Source: Podarcis tiliguerta
Taxonomy: Eukaryota
Assembly (NCBI GenBank): GCA_965153285.1
Contig: OZ229114.1
DNA length: 64,000 nt
Direction: 5' to 3' (one strand)
The notes beneath the pieces were generated by a model. The model searched no databases. It saw nothing but the letters and a program-made list of their open reading frames with translations, and had not been told where the DNA came from. Of the stretch, positions 9,203 to 24,399 are shown one piece after another (position 1 is the first letter of the stretch; every line of letters begins with the position of its first letter). The translations under genes were made by a program, and so were the position numbers.

Positions 9203-11402
9203 AGATCCACTCAATGATCGGTCTTTCTCTTTATATCAATATATATCTACACACAGCAAAGACTTGCAGCTCTGTGGATAATGCCTGCTACTCCCAAGCT
9301 GTGAGTCAGGACTCGCTTATCCCTCTAACCTCACTTATTGGAGCCTGGCCTACAACTGTGTGTCTGCCAGAATAACAGACTCTTCCATTGAACATGAGGA
9401 AACCACTATTCAACCACTTGTCTAGCCTGAGAATGGACTGGACAGTATCTGCAGTATAGCCTCTCTTTGGAGAGGTTGCTTTGTATGCCTTGTTCTCTCA
9501 GCTGTCCATCTTTCTAACAGTTCTTTGGGACTTGGCTTACACTGTCCTGTTTTGTGGCTGGTGTTTGTTTGTTTGTTTTTTATTTTGGCTTTTAGTGTGT
9601 ACGCACACTGTTTCTTTTACCCCTGCAATTCCCATTAGCATCCACAGTAGAGTCAAGCTTTCAGATCCCCTTGGCAGCTAGGCTCATCTCAGCCTCTCTT
9701 TGTATGGAAGTCTCTCTGTTGTGGTTACTGATGGGATTTGAGAAGTAGCTGAGCTCTTAGCTGCCTCTCCCAGATTGCAGGGATCTCCCTCAGGCCTGTG
9801 GCTCATCTGTCACAAATCCCAACGTCGGACGTATCCGAACTTAGACATCTTAAACCAGGGATGCGGGGAGCCTGTGGCACTTCAGATGTTGTTGGATTCA
9901 GTCTTCAATTAGCCCAGCCAGCATGTCCTATTCTTGGGGATGATTGGCAGTTGTAGTCCAGCAATATCCCTCATTTAAGAGCAGCGGTAGCAGGAAATAA
10001 TTTCTGCAAACTGCCCCTTTAAGAAAATTGAGCCCAAGGGCTCCTTGGCTGAATTCTAGCATGTCTGGTGAATCACCTGCAATGTGATTACATCTTTCTC
10101 CCCTCAAAAGGCCGCCAGTTCTGTTGCCACAGACACTTGCCTTCCGCCTGCTACGATTATTCTTCCATCAGCGCTGATTGCCAAGACAGCGTTTTGGCTG
10201 AGGCTCTGCCTGATGGAGTCTGTTTCACTGCCCCCTACCTGTCACATTCCCATTGTCTGTGGCCCAGGCTCTGATGTACGTTGCTCAGGCAGGACAGGGG
10301 GCTGACAGTTTAATGACTAACAATCTGCTGAAAATGCACTGAAAGAGAGGAACTTGCAAATACAGAAGGCTAACTGACTTGCTCCCTGGAAAGGAGGAGA
10401 GGCTGTCAAGATGAATAAAAGAAATGTTCCTGTTTCCTTCCATCAACAAGAAGAGGGCAGGTGGGAGGGTGGTGCAATGTTATAGCAATACTGCTATTTG
10501 CAGCTCTGTATTTGCAGCCCTGTACCTAAAGGAACAAGTGTCTGTCTGGGTCAGGGGTGGTGAACCTGTGGCCCTCCAAGTTGTGTTGGACAAAACACCT
10601 ATTAAAACTCCCACCTGTCATCAGCCCCAGCTAATGTGGCTGAGTTGAACAACATCTGGAGGGCCACTTACTGTTCCTGATAACTGGCTTCTGCCTTAGT
10701 CTCAGAGAGATTTGGCCCAAAGGCTTTTGCAAAGGCACTGTATATTTGAATTTCCTAAATATGTGAGGATTGAGCTTTTTATTATTCTAAAAAGTCAGTC
10801 CTAAATCTGTGTCAGGGACCCTGTCAAATGGCCTTCTGATGTGTAGAGATGTATACACCCCTGTTAATGTAGGTATGGGGAACCTGTGGCCTTCCAGGTG
10901 TTGTTCAACTCGACCTCTTGTCACCCACAACAAGTAGCCATATGGTCTGGAGCTGATAAAGAGTTTGGGGTCCGACCACACCCAGAGACTCACAGGTTAG
11001 CTGCTTCTATGTTCCTCATCTCCCCAACCCCCAAGCTGGTGTGGAGCTTCAGCCAAAGAAGTAGAAAGCTGCTAACACTTGGGAGGTCGTAGGCAAGAGT
11101 GAAAAGTGCCAAAAAAAATGTCAGGGGAAGCAATCGTAGTGGGCAAAACCAGTTTCGGTTACTCTAGATCTTAAGCTTGGGTCATTCAAATCTTAGCGGT
11201 ATTGTAAGTGAAAGCAGGACTGCCCCCATTGTTGTGTCAGTGTTGCTAGTGCAGGTTCTCTGACTGCCCCCATTGTTTTTCATGTTTTACTGTTCTCTTA
11301 ACTTATCCTTATGTGGACAACCTTTACTTATTTATGCAATGTAAGTAAAATAATATGTTGTTTCTTGTGGTGTATTGCCCTCTGTTAATGTGAAAATCCT
11401 AC

Positions 11403-11408
11403 ATTAAA
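11403..11408 (+). terminator. Candidate distal poly(A) signal of ARHGAP19 (ATTAAA); alternative AATAAA at 10414-10419
   Basis: ATTAAA preceded by AU-rich sequence with TGTA and followed by GT/T-rich tracts; implies a 3' UTR of about 2.2 kb. Confidence 0.5.
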
Positions 11409-14400
11409 TACTGGTGGTTATTGGTGCCTTCTTAACAGGCTCTTGGCTAATTTTATTTTTTTATGTAGAATGGAGATCAGATTTAAGAGACGGAGAGTCT
11501 GTGACCATAAGTATGACTTTAAAAGTGTGTGCTTCTGGAGCTGGGCTTGACCAGGGGACTCCTGTGCCTGTTCCCTTCCAACTATCAGCAACCCACTTCT
11601 TTTCCTCTTGCTCTTTCCCATGATTCTATATTCTTTCCATTACTGGCCCAGCATTCCACAATGGTATAGAAAGTGGGCATCACACTAGTCCTCATAGACA
11701 TTGTAAAACAGAAGGGCAAACTTATGGTCCTCCCTTCTGTTATTGGAGGACAACTCTCATCTGCTCTAGCCAACACAGCCAGTGGTCAGGGATGATGGGC
11801 ACGGTGGTCCACTAACAGCTAGAGGGTCACTGGTTCCCCATCTCTGCTGTAGAAGGGCTTATGAAAAGACATTTGGGAAAAGAGGGAGCCTGTGTTAGAT
11901 GATCATTATGGAAAGAAGGTTCTTCCCATGGACTGAGTTAATGGAGTAGAGAACCAAGACAACAATGCAGTCAGAATCCACCCCACTTCTCCACAAGGCT
12001 TAATTAGAGGGGAAGGCATAGTTAGGCTTCCTGCTGGCATTGACCCCTGTTGAAAACCCCTGGAAAGCCACTGCCAGTCAGCCTAGACAGTGCTGGACTA
12101 GCTGCACCATTTCCCTGGCTCAAGGCAGCTCTACATCCAAGTTATTTCAGAACAAAGTGATGGGGAAGAGGCTATACCTTGCAATCATCCAGCAAGCTAC
12201 CAATAACTACCTTCTGCCAACCCATGTAGGCAATGCTACTTCTGAAGCATTAACATTGCTAAAACCCAGAGAAGTTATTTGTTGCCATGTGCTGACATTC
12301 AAAACTGAGGGAATCAGAGATCCTGAACTCAAACTACTTCCCTGGAAACTGACCTTGGGACAGGTCTCAAAGCTACTTTTCCTGGAAAATAAAATTTCGT
12401 GACAGTTTGAAAGGTCACGGCAACAGTGATGATAGGATGTGAAACCTGGTTGCCTTCCCATGCATGCAAGTGCCTGTCTATAACTGGTGGAAGGACCTGA
12501 TACTTGTCTGCCAATTCCCTTTCTCCGATATTAAAATCTAAGCAAACAATACTTTATTCTTGGGAAAGAGAGGAAAAAAACGTCTGCTACAGAGCCACAA
12601 GAGGGAGCTATTTGCTCATCCATGCCTTGTGATTTCCTGCCTACACACCTTAGCATGATCAGCTGGTAGGTGAAAGGGATTGTGACATGAGGGGTGATGG
12701 AGCAAAGGATTGCTATTCTCATTCTTGGTTTGGCCAGTTTTAGCAGATGGGGCCCTGTGATTTATTTTCTCCATTGCCTTCACTTGATGCAAACTGCTCC
12801 AGATTCCTTAAGCCAAGCAAAATGGGGCCCACACACCAACCCGATGACATGCTGTAATGCAGTTCCTAATGCAGATGAAACGCAACAGCCCTGTAGCAGT
12901 TATTAATGACTCCCATCCCAGGACCACCTTCTAGCTAGCCATAAATACAGAGAAGACAACTCCTTGGCATCTCTATCAATAAAGCAGGACAGGACTATTA
13001 TGCCTCCCTCTCTTGTCGGGCCAGGGAAAGGGTTTGGTGGGCTCCGTGCAAAGGAAAATCAAATGGAGTTGAAGAGAAGCAATGCGATGCCCAGTGTACT
13101 TCCTTTTGAATCCTTCCTGCCCCCTTCCGGGAGCCAAGGCAATCAGGAAAAACCCTTGAGAACCAAGTCCTCTCCAAAGAGGCATGAGTTTATTGCAGTA
13201 AAACTGCAGTGTTTGACACTATGGAGAAATATGCCAGACATACTTGGCAACAGCAAGTGGAAAGTTAGCCTAATAAGCAGTAAATTATCCCACTCTTTCC
13301 CCGAGGAGGGATAATGAATTTCTCCAAGTAAAGGAACAGAGAGGGAGAGAGAGGAAGAAAGTGTAACAGTGAGTACAAACAGGGTCTCTGGCTTAGAGAT
13401 TCTACATGGAACAGTAACCAAATTCCCACAAATTTGTCACATGTGTGTGGAATTTGATCCATTTTGTGTAAACGATGGCTAGAATGCGGTGGGGGAATAG
13501 CTGGCACATTCTGCAGCATCTGTTAGGAAAGCTATTGTAATAAGAGTCTCTGAGGGTTCCAGGACAATAACCATCTCAAGTCCACGTACCTGCAGTTGAA
13601 GCCAGTTTCCTGAGCCACCCAAGTGGTGGGATCTTTCCTTTTGCCCGTAGGAAATAAACTAAGAATCAAGATTACAAATAAATACTTTCTCTGGGCTGGG
13701 AGACTGCTACAGTCAATTACCCAAACAACCGTGAAGGCCCTTGGTAGGACCAAATAACAAATCCCAGAAGCTACAACCAAAATAGGCTTCCGTTGTAACC
13801 AATAATGTGCTGCAATATGGAACTCTGGATGGCTTTAAAGGCTGGAATAAAGCCATATTGGAAGGGGGAGGTGTTGTGTGTCCTCTGACTTGACAATATC
13901 AGAACTAAAGGTGGCGGAAATCCAAGTATTTTGCAGCTACTATGAATGCTTTTAACCTACCTTTCAAGGGCATATGTAAATTCCACCTCCACACTTGCAC
14001 ATGTTGTTGGCCACCATGTCGAATCAGCAACCAATGGCTGGAATGGAGTCATATTTTGAAAAATGTACTCTGTCTTTCTGAACCCAGCAGGACATGAGCA
14101 AATCTATGCCTTTTTTGCTTGTATTGCCATGTAAACAATAATTAGCTCTTATATCAAGGCAATAAGTCTTGGAGAGACCCCTGTAAGTTAAGGAAATGGC
14201 AGGACTGGCCTTCAGGTGACTTGACTAACTGGTGTTCTCAAATATTACTAGTCTTGACGCTGAATCTGCCCGTTTTTGACAACAATTACTTCTAGAAGTT
14301 GTTCTGGAGATGAGGCAACCATACAGGCTTTGAGTCCAGTTAACCTGGAAATGAAGAGCACAGCAGGCCAAATGCTAGAAAGGAAGTCTTCCCCTAGTGG

Positions 14401-15949
14401 TTAGAGGCCACTGGAAAGGAGGCAAGATGGGTCTCACTTGGAAGGGAGTTCCAAATTCTAGGGCCGCCCAGAGACTTTCTGCTATTTATTACCTACTTTT
14501 CTTCCTCTGCATTTCTCATGGGTACGCAATATGCCGCACCTTATAGCCATAAAGCAAAGTGGTTCGTGCGGTAGCTAAAACATGTTTGTTAGTGTGAACA
14601 TGAACTGTGGAAGCTGCACATTCTGAGCTGGAAGTCTTGTTTATATCTGAGCTCAGGGTGATGAGAGAAATTATCCTGCAGGTCCAGCACTCATTTTGTG
14701 TTTTAGCCACATGTTCCAAGGCTCAGCCTAGGACTGGAAAAAAGACTCCAGAACTGATCCCTGTCTCAGGTAAGTCCTGCTTTTTCTAGTCCCTTTTATT
14801 TGGTCTGTCTTCTCACACATACCATGCTGCTCACAAGTGCTCAGAGATGCTTTTCCCTGACATCTTCTGGTTCTCTGTGTTAGTAGCTGTAAGTCAAAGT
14901 TGTTGGAGATAGCCTTTTACACAAAGAGCTCATGATAGGGGGCCTTGCAAATAGAGGACTTTGAGCCACACCTTTCATTGCATTTTCTCAGTCATTGTTG
15001 TTTCATCAGGAGAGAGACTTTCAGAGACCATCTTGGATGCTATGGCTAAAATTCCATCTCCGTATCTCTTTATGGCAGGGGTGGTTCTCATGATGTTGTT
15101 GGACTACATCTCCCATGATTCTTGATCATTGCCTCTGCTGGTGGGGGCTGATGGGAGTCATAATCCAACAACACCTGGAGGGCTCCCCCTGCTTTATAGA
15201 GAACTTTGTGTGCAATAATTTTGCCAGCCTCATGAGGGTGCTGGTGTGACAAGACAAAAAACGAATAGCGGTAATGATTGTTGAAATTACTTTCCTAATG
15301 GCATATAATGTAGAACCTGATGTATTCCATTAAAGCAGCAATCAAATTATAGTCATGTAATGACATGTCTCAAACTTCTATAAAGAGACTTTGTAGGAAA
15401 GGAATGGTGGGAAGAGATTTCTATAATAAATTATGAAGAGAACTAGAATTTGTGAAAATTTTAATTGTTGTACCTCCACCAGGAACATGAGAGAGGAATA
15501 ATGAACTGCCCTAGTTGAATATGAAAGCAAGGTTCTGCTTCTGTCGTAAAAAGCAATTGAGGAGGTGCCTGGTTTCACTAAGGGGTAAATGTGTGGATAA
15601 TGACTGGTGGGATGGGAAAAATGGGCTCAGAGAATTATGTTAGTCTTGTGGGAGAATAAAGGATTTGATCGATCAATACAGATCCAGGTCTTGTGTGAAG
15701 CAAATGAAAAAGCAATGCAAGGCACAGTACACAATACATTTGTGAAATAACTTGTCTGAAATCTGCCCTTACATTTACTCTGTCTAGAATTAAATCGGTC
15801 TTCCAAAACACACTATTTTCAAAATAATCTCATTTGTTCAAACTAGGTGTGTCATATTAATTTCATTACATTCCTTTTCATTAGGATCTAGTTCCATATG
15901 ATAATTGCTTTTGACACTTTTATTCTATCCTTCCAAGTTGCTCAGGGCC

Positions 15950-16110
15950 CCTCACCACACATTTTATTTTCACAACAACCCTGGGGGTCAGTTAAGTTGA
16001 GAGATAGCTAGTGACCTGTCCAGGGTCACCCAATCTGCTTTTTGGGTGAATGGGAATTTGAAACCGGATCTTCCCAGACCAAGTCCAGCACTCAAACTAT
16101 TCCACCACCC
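15950..16110 (-). mobile_element. MIR/CORE-like SINE; related fragments near 19570, 37520, 40565, 61560
   Basis: cacaacaaccctg...cagggtcaccca...gggaatttgaaacc (reversed B box) and reversed tRNA head. Confidence 0.55.
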
Positions 16111-17763
16111 CATGCCAACTAAATACTTAACAATTTGGTTAATGTTGCATCTGTGTGTTGCTATTGGCAAACTTCCTGCATCAGAAAACACTGAAGGGTT
16201 AGCAAATCTTAATTCTTTCACAAAGACCATCTAGTGGCAAAAGCATTTCAATCATGAGTTAAAAAATCAGTAACAAGCCACTTGTCTGTCGCTACAATCA
16301 AGACTTGGTGATCTACAGCCAGGTACATTACTGCAGAAAACATGTGCTGTGTTGTGTGACTTTCAGTTCTACTTGTGTCTAATCTATCTGCATGTGAGCT
16401 ATTCGATACTAATACTGTTATTCAACAACTTTTGGATCTTGGTCTTCATTATCTCCAGATGAAGCATCACAAGCAGAGGTTTTGTGACCCACTTGTTATG
16501 CATGTTGAAAGTTGAACATGAGGAAGCAATGATGGATTAGCCTAGTGGAAAAATGTGCAGTATGTGCAGTGAATGGTAGCCAGACCTCTCTCTGAGCTTC
16601 TGGCAGGGCTTGCTGGCTTTTCTACAGAAGGCTTTCCAATTACATTGTAATAATCCAATCCAAAATTGGTAACTGATAGACAAAAAACTCAATTTCACTT
16701 ACTAACCCAAAAGCTTATTAAAGTCGTTAATAAGTTGTTGGTCTATAGTTTTCTGATAGTTCTTATTTGTTAGTGTTGTAACCTGCTCTGAGGTCTTCTG
16801 ACCAAGAGCGGGATGCAAAATTTAAAAATACATAAATGAAAATCCATTGGCCGCATCTCAATATGAGCAGCTTGTTGTTCTAATTGAAAGTGGAGGGTAG
16901 AGTAGCCTCTTATTTTCAGCATGCTTTTTGCTTCCCTGACATTCCTACTTTCAACCCTGAAATCCTCAGTGACACCCCCCCCCCTTCTTCTCTTACTCTG
17001 GTGGGAACAGACAGGGACACCCACCATAATCGGTAAGGCAGGAATAGTTCATAGATCCACTGTGAGGAATATAGGAGTCCTAAGCATCTGGCAGGGCTGG
17101 CCTGAGAGGATTATATGCACTGGAGGAAAAATAGCTCTGCACCCATCCTCAGCTTTGGGTCTCTGCTTTCCCCGGTTCTACACACACACACACACACCCC
17201 TTCCTTGTCCTGACTGTCACTGACTTCTGAAGCTGTGCTGCCCAGCAAGGGAATGTGTATTACAGTTGCTAGGTAACTGCAAAGCTCAGTCCTCAAGGAT
17301 CTGGTTAAGCGTGGGTGGGGGTATACATGCCCCAGCCCCTCTGGTATCCCAGGTTAGGTCAGACTCCTTGTTTCTCTAAGTTAGCACCAGCGAGCTTCCG
17401 TGGGGCCTGTCCCACATGTTGCTATTCTGACTCCAGCTGCACCGATATGCACATGAACAGCTTCCCCTCCCACATGTCGAGAGCCATAGCAGGGCCTGCT
17501 CCAAACCCAAAGCCCTTTGAAGTGTGTCAGAAGCATTAAACAAAGAATGCAGTCTCCATGGAGATGGTACCCCACAAACTTGACCAATCTGCCTCAGCTC
17601 CCTCCCCCTTAACCACACAGCACTCCATGTCCAATTATAACAAATCAGATAGGAAGAGAGATGGTTGGGTAGGATAAATGAGATGGAGGACTGTTGCAAA
17701 ATGCTAAACTGCATGAGGAAGCTTAATCTGCAGATACAAATAGTTATTCAGAGATGTTTGTAA

Positions 17764-17825
<62 letters not shown>
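17764..17825. repeat. Compound microsatellite (GT)10(GA)21
   Basis: Read directly. Confidence 0.95.
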
Positions 17826-17829
<4 letters not shown>

Positions 17830-18202
17830 TTCCTATCTAGCGACCCATTCAAGGTGCATAGTATTTGTGTCTATGCCCAAACCTATTGTCCAGCCTGCAG
17901 CTGATGATGTAATGATAATGCAATTGGTTCCCTCTTCTCTATAATGTCCACTGTTACTGTATCCCAGCACCACCACCATTTTCCAGGTCACAACCACACC
18001 ACACATTTATAGCACATAGCTTCATCCAAAAAATCTTGGGAATGGTAGTTTGTTAAGGGTGCTGGGGAACTGTAGCTGTATGAGAGGTAAACTACAGTTC
18101 TCAGAATTCTTTGGTGGAAGCCATGTGCTTTAAATGTATAGTGTGAATATTCATGGAAACTAGCTCCCTTCAGAGTGAATGGTGTGTGCTTGTGTATATA
18201 TA

Positions 18203-18428
18203 CAGTGGTATCTCGGGTTACAGACACTTCAGGTTACAGACTCCACTAACCCAGAAATAGTACCTCGGGTTAAGAACTTTGCTTCAGGATGAGAACAGAA
18301 ATTGCATGGCGGCGGCGCGGCGGCAGTGGGAGGCCCCATTAGCTAAAGTGGTGCCTCAGGTTAAGAACAGTTTCAAGTTAAGAACGGACCTCCAGAACGA
18401 ATTAAGTTCTTAACCCGAGGTACCACTG
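18203..18428. mobile_element. Tc1/mariner-superfamily MITE
   Basis: TIRs CAGTGGTATCTCGGGTTA and TAACCCGAGGTACCACTG; TA target duplication on both sides; internal GGTTAAGAAC subrepeats. Confidence 0.9.
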
Positions 18429-19687
18429 TACCAGGTAAGGAAGAAACAGCATTAAACTGGCTTGTAGGAATTGAGATGTTTTCCTTATAAAGGAAAGTTT
18501 TGGGGTGCAGAAATCTAAGTAGGAAGCCCAAGGTTGAGGAAGCAGTGAAATATGAAGATAGACTAGATAGACTCCCAAATTTCTGTCGATGGCCCCAAGG
18601 GCCAAGAGCAAAGAATGCCAGTTGTGTTACCTTTGTGTTGTAGTAGTTACATGGTTCAACAAGGCCCAAACAGTTTTCTCTTTGCCTGCAGTGTTTGTGA
18701 ACATTGTGCATGAGGATTATCATTCCAGCCTTTCCTCATACACCTTTCCTTCCATATCGTTCCAGCGTTTTTATGGAAGAGGGAAAGCAAAATAGCACGG
18801 CTACTCACCAATGAAAGGGGTGGGTAGGTGTTGCTTAGTTAATTGCCTAATGTTAGAAGAGCTGCCCTAGAGTCTGAGATAGGAGATTGTGCACCCAAGA
18901 GAGGAAGGTAAGTACTGAATATTTAGCATCTTTTAACAAAGAGAGCATATTCTAAACAGAAGCCTTTTCAGGAGTTAACAGAGTTCTTTCCCTTGTGCAC
19001 TGAAATCCAACACAGCAAACTCCTGTGCACACTTTCTAATATTTTCTTTTGCCATGAAAATAATTCAAACCAAGGGCCCATGGAGAGGTTTGGGGCTGGA
19101 GCCACTATAAGCTGATGGTTCAGACTTCAGCTGCTTCAGTCCCACTTGCCTCCCAGGTCCCTTTCTCTCTATATTGCTTGTTCCGTTGGGTTCTCTCCAA
19201 CAAAGAAGCCTTGCAGGGTTATTTTACTGATTAATAGACTAGCTTTTTACTTGCTGCTGCCAAAACTGCCTGCTGTATTTCTTCATGCTGTCACTCTGTG
19301 TTGCCTTCAGGACAAAAAAAAAAAAAGAGTCTAGCCCACCCTAACTGAACTTGTGCAGAGTTACTGACTTCCGTGATTAAGAATTACATTTTCTACAGCA
19401 GCAAGGCCTCTAAAAGTCTCTATGGAACCAGATAGTGCACAAACCCCATTGACCCTTCTGCAGCAATTAGAGGGTGAGATCCTGGCTAACTCCTGCTGTC
19501 TCTTTCTGGATCTGCCATTGCTGAAGGGGGCTAATAATGTTCTCTTGCTTCTCACCTAACTGTGGAAGAACTCATGAAGCCATCATTGGGTGACCTACCT
19601 CACAGGATTGTTGTAAAGATTACATGAGTGGATTAGGGGGAGACAGACACCATCCTGAGCTCCTTGGAGGAAAGGCAGGATGAAATT

Positions 19688-19713
19688 TAATTAATTAATT
19701 AATTAATTAATTA
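19688..19713. repeat. (TAAT)n microsatellite at the tail of a SINE
   Basis: Read directly. Confidence 0.9.
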
Positions 19714-22700
19714 ACTAACAAGTCAAGCTCTCTCCTTCCCTCCTCCCACATCTCAGTTTTACTGTTGTGGTGATACGATGCTGACTGACAGAAGTTCCTA
19801 AATATTTTTTATTTAATAATTTGTTTAATTCTCCCAGTCAAACTGTGTTACAAAAGTAATATTGATTATAGTATAAATGTTAATATTGAATATAAATTGC
19901 CTCTCCCCCATGAGTATATCAGGATTCAGATTACATTTCTTTAAAACATAATATAGTCTACAAGTCCAATTAAAAATCTTATATTTAGCATAATATTTGA
20001 TGTCCTATAATATATAATGTTAATTTTCCCTTTACAGTGTTCATTCTTTTTTATGAAGTTCCTAAATAAGTAGTGGGACCTCTTTTTTAAATGTTGTGGT
20101 TTATCTCTTTAGGATTCCAGTCAGACCCTATCCCAACATTTCCCAAAAAGCTGTGGAGTAGAGGCAAAACCTGGTCATGGTTTAAGCAGGCCTAATTTTT
20201 TGTCTTGAGGGCAGAAATGTCCTCTGCCTGTTTTCTGCGATGTTAAGAAATAGAAAATGCTGACAAGGCCTTAGTCAATTTAAGAAAATACACCACTGTG
20301 AAAAAGTTACAATATTTTTACTCAATTGCAGCTGGCAGCTCTGAGTGACCTTCACAAGTCTCCTTGTGCCCTGATAAGGCTCAAAGACATGCCAGTTCCT
20401 CAGAACAATGGAAACCTGTTTCTGCAGGTGTCTGCCCCATGACCTTTCATTTACTGTTTTGCCTTCTCTTTAAGAAAAGGGATTTCTTGCTTTAAATTTG
20501 TCCCTTCAGGTTTGGAGCTCCTTGTAGCCATTTTCCTTCTAACTAGTCCTATGAGGCTGGGGCTTTGGTTTATCAACAATCTTAAGTTTTATATACACAA
20601 TTTTCTTATTTTATTTTTGCTTATTGACTGGTGAGGTTTAAACATAAACATTTTATTATTCAGCCTTTTCCCGCCAAAAAAACATTCATCTAGATCCTAT
20701 CAAAGTATCTAGAATGTATCTCTTAACACTCCTCCGAGTCCACAGAAACCTGTTCCTTTGAACCTCTGCTTGGTTGGTAGCCTTAATATTCTTTTTAATT
20801 CTTTCCTTACTATTTAGGATAAGTTACTATAGAGCCATAGCATAGCAAAGCTCTTAACTAGTTTGGAAAGGTGAAAGTGCTAGGTGGTAAGTCAAACAAG
20901 AGCTGAATAGTTAAAATAGTTGATAATTTTGCATGTCGTAATTATGTTTCGTTGTTTCGATGGTTTTCTCCCTTCACTGTGCCTAGATCACTTTGGTCTC
21001 AAGCTTTGCACACCTGCCACAGTTCCGCTGCTCCCTGGGAAGGACAGGTGGAGGCTGGATGCATCCTCTCCTCCCATAACTCAAAGTAATTACTCATAAA
21101 ATCATCCTCACCTGAGGTTCAGAGGAACAGGTGGGCTGGGAGTTGTATACTGTATTTCACGTTTGCAGCTGTTGGGTGCTCTACCACAAGTTTTACCTTG
21201 GTGTCATAGACCGACTATTTCCTAGTAAGGTTTGGACTGATGGCAGCAGTCCCCCCTTGCAGTGTGGAGGACTGGCTGCTCCCAGAAACTTGGGGAAGCC
21301 AAGGGAATGCTGAATGCTATGGGAGGATTCTCCATGACTGGCCCTGGTCTTGCTGTGTAATGGTAAGAGAAACATTAACATAGTTGCTCATGAGGGTGCA
21401 CTCTCATGAGGAGAGGAGCTCTAACGGATGAAACAGGCAGGATGGTGGCTAAGGTGGTACAAATATTGCATCAAATGCAACCAAGCATAGGCAAGATTGC
21501 ATAATCATGCCTACCACATAGCAGTGAAGGAGGCCTTAAGAAGTTGTCCAGCAGAACTTTTCTTAGAGGTGATGGGGTTGGCGGGAACTTCCCTGAAGGG
21601 CAATAGACTGGAACCTTTTGACTCTTGTTGAGACAGGTTTGCTAGGCACTTTGGTGGCAAAGTTGCTCACATCTGGGCTGAGCTTATGACAGGTCTAGTG
21701 GGGTGTCCAGAGCACTGGTCTTCAACTTGATCCAAGGTGGGTTGCAGCAGGTGCCCTCTACCACCATGCAAATATGTGGTACGAGATTACAAAATGCGTC
21801 CCCAAATGCATGTTGGGTTTAAAAGTGAGTCCTGGGCCTGAAAAGGTCTAAACTACTGGTCTGTATTGCTCTCGTCTGGTTTGGGATAAGTTTTCCTTGA
21901 TGAGGCTCAAGGTTGTAGACAAGATTCTTTAAAGTGTTTGGCCTACCACCTGAAATCTCAACCTTTGCACTTGGCTTGTGAGAGCTAGTCAAGGGGGAAT
22001 GACTGTGGGTGGCTGATTCCACCTTTCAAGAAGGGAATGTGCCAACTGCTTTGGAAGAGGCAGTGCTGTACTCCTTCCTCAAGAAGACCTCCCTGAACCT
22101 GTGAGAGTATAACAGTGATGAGTTTCTTTGAGCTTGATCTGGGAGTGAAAATGGTACCTTTCGCAGAACAAAAATTACTGAGTGTGTTTCCACAGTGAGC
22201 CTACTGCTCAAATGATGCATGTCTTTATGCATGCTGAATACACCTTAATTGTACCTAGGATACCCATGTGCTTAAATATAAATGGACAGCCCTTAGCAAT
22301 TTAGAGTAAACAGAATAAAGTGGAGAAAGCTATATATTGATGTATAGGTAGAACGGCTTCACTATTCGTATTTTGAGCACCTTAAAAATGGTGCTAGCCT
22401 TATCAGGCAGTCATATTCAACAAAATAAGAACTTAGAAGTTTAATCTAGAATTTGCTTTTTTGTTGACTGAGGTGATAACGCCAAGTTGGCTGTGTCTTT
22501 CGCAACCTACACATGTGCATATGGTTAGCCTCTCTCTCTAGCTGTCATTAAGGAAGACTTACAAGTTGGTGCTGTGTCTGCATTGCATGCAAATAGGTAT
22601 TTCCTCCTCGCTGCCAAATTTGCACCTGCTTCTAGTAAGAAAAATGTACCAAAAAAATTGCCAAATCTAGTACCGTAGGCTCCAGATTTACCACCAGTCA

Positions 22701-23049
22701 GAATCTAAGACTGCCTAATGAATGAGTCTGCCTTTTTGCATAATGAATAGGTATGTGGGATGTAATATACACCTAAACAGACAAATAAATTGTGGGCTAC
22801 CCTAAATAGTAAGCAGAACGACCCTAAATAGTCAGCAGAATGCTACCCATGGATTGGTTGTGGAGACCAACATTTGTGGCAAACAAGCAGGATCTTTGGA
22901 GATGGGATCAATCAGCAGCATTTGAAGAGTTATTGTTGCTGTTTAGAGACAGAATTGCTCAGATTTCGAAAAATTGGATGCTACAATTTGAGCAAGTCCA
23001 ATGAGGATGTCTAGAGTACTGCCTGTTCCATCTATACTGGATTAGTTTA

Positions 23050-23790
23050 CATTATTGCAGCCTGAGGATGTGGACAAGTTGCTTTAAGAAGTGCAGCCAA
23101 CCACCTGCCTCCTTGTGCCTTGCCTATCTTGGTTTCTTAGAGCTAGTCGTAGGGAGTAGACTGGGTAGGTTCAGGGACTTCACTGGAGAAGGGGTAGATG
23201 AAGGAGGCAGTGGTCTGTCCCATCCTTAAGGAGACCTCCCTGGACCAAGAAGTGTTAACAATTATTGCTGCGGAGAATAGAGAGTTGCCAGTCTACTTTC
23301 AGGCCTGCTTGGAGGAAACTGATTACTTGGAGACATTCAAGCCTGGCTTTAGGTCTGCTTGTGGCACTTAAGCTGCCTTAATCACCCTGGTTTATGACAT
23401 TTGTCAGGAGAGATTTGAGGGGAGTATGACCCTGCTCATTCTCCTCAATCTCCCAGTGGCTTTTGATACTGTTAACCATAGTTTCCTTCTGGAGCATCTC
23501 AGGGAGGAGGTGGGGCTTGAGGGCATTGGTTGCACTCCTACCTCTAGCGCTGTTTCCAGAAAGTAGATATGGGGGGCTACAGTCTGGCATGATGGGAGGT
23601 TTCCTGTGGTGTCTGTCCCACTGGATTTCATCTTGCCCCAATGCTATTTAACATTTATATGAGGCTTCTGGGAGCTGTCATTAGGAGATTTTTGGTGAAG
23701 TGCCATTAATAAGCAGATGACACCCAGATTCTAGTCCATTTGAATATGGAGAGGAGGTTGAGATCTTAGACTGGTGCTTGGAAATTCTTA
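23050..23790 (+). mobile_element. Decayed L2/CR1-group reverse transcriptase fragment
   Basis: Frameshifted RT motifs: EAVVxPxLKxxSLD, LEETDYLETFKPGFRS, TLLILLNLPVAFDTVNH, PMLFNIYMRLLG and (Y)ADDTQ (gcagatgacacccag). A shorter related piece lies at ~22020-22110. Confidence 0.85.
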
Positions 23791-24399
23791 TTGGGAGGAC
23801 ACCAGCATGCCCAGGTGGATGTGTTACCTGTCTATAATTGGCATCAACAGTCAATATAGGAGTAGATGAGAGATAATCAGTGGTGGCCTAGTATTAGGCT
23901 TGGACACCCACACCCCCCCCACTACACCTGAGAAGCTGATGCGATTCCAGGTATCTTAAGGTTACATCCCTTTGTTTTTCAGCCTCATTGATACTTGAAA
24001 GCTCAGGGTATTCTCAGATTCCCTTCTGTTCCCAAAAGGGCATGGCACCCTAGCTTGCCAATTCACTTTCAGAGAGTCTTCCTTTGAAACTTACACCACC
24101 CTGTAAGTTTCACCCTGGCAATAGAGCTAATAAGCCTTTAAAAGCACTCATTTATTCAAGGGGAGTTGGGTGGACTCACTGATGGGGTGAGATGGTGGGA
24201 AAAGCCAATATGGTTTGTTTTGTGTTGTTGTATAGATCAGATTGTGACCTCAAAGAGTTTTACATCAAAACACAACCTATCAACAGAAATCATACACAAA
24301 AAAACCTGTTTATCACAAAGGACACCTCAATCCCATTGTGTGTGTGTGTCTGAGTACGGAGGGCGACTCTTCTTCTCTGGGCCTCTGTGTCTGTCCTGC

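Noticed and set aside
22799-22842. 22-bp tandem duplication, considered as a CRISPR-like or other functional array
   Set aside because: Only two adjacent units with no spacer, in eukaryotic DNA; simple slippage duplication.
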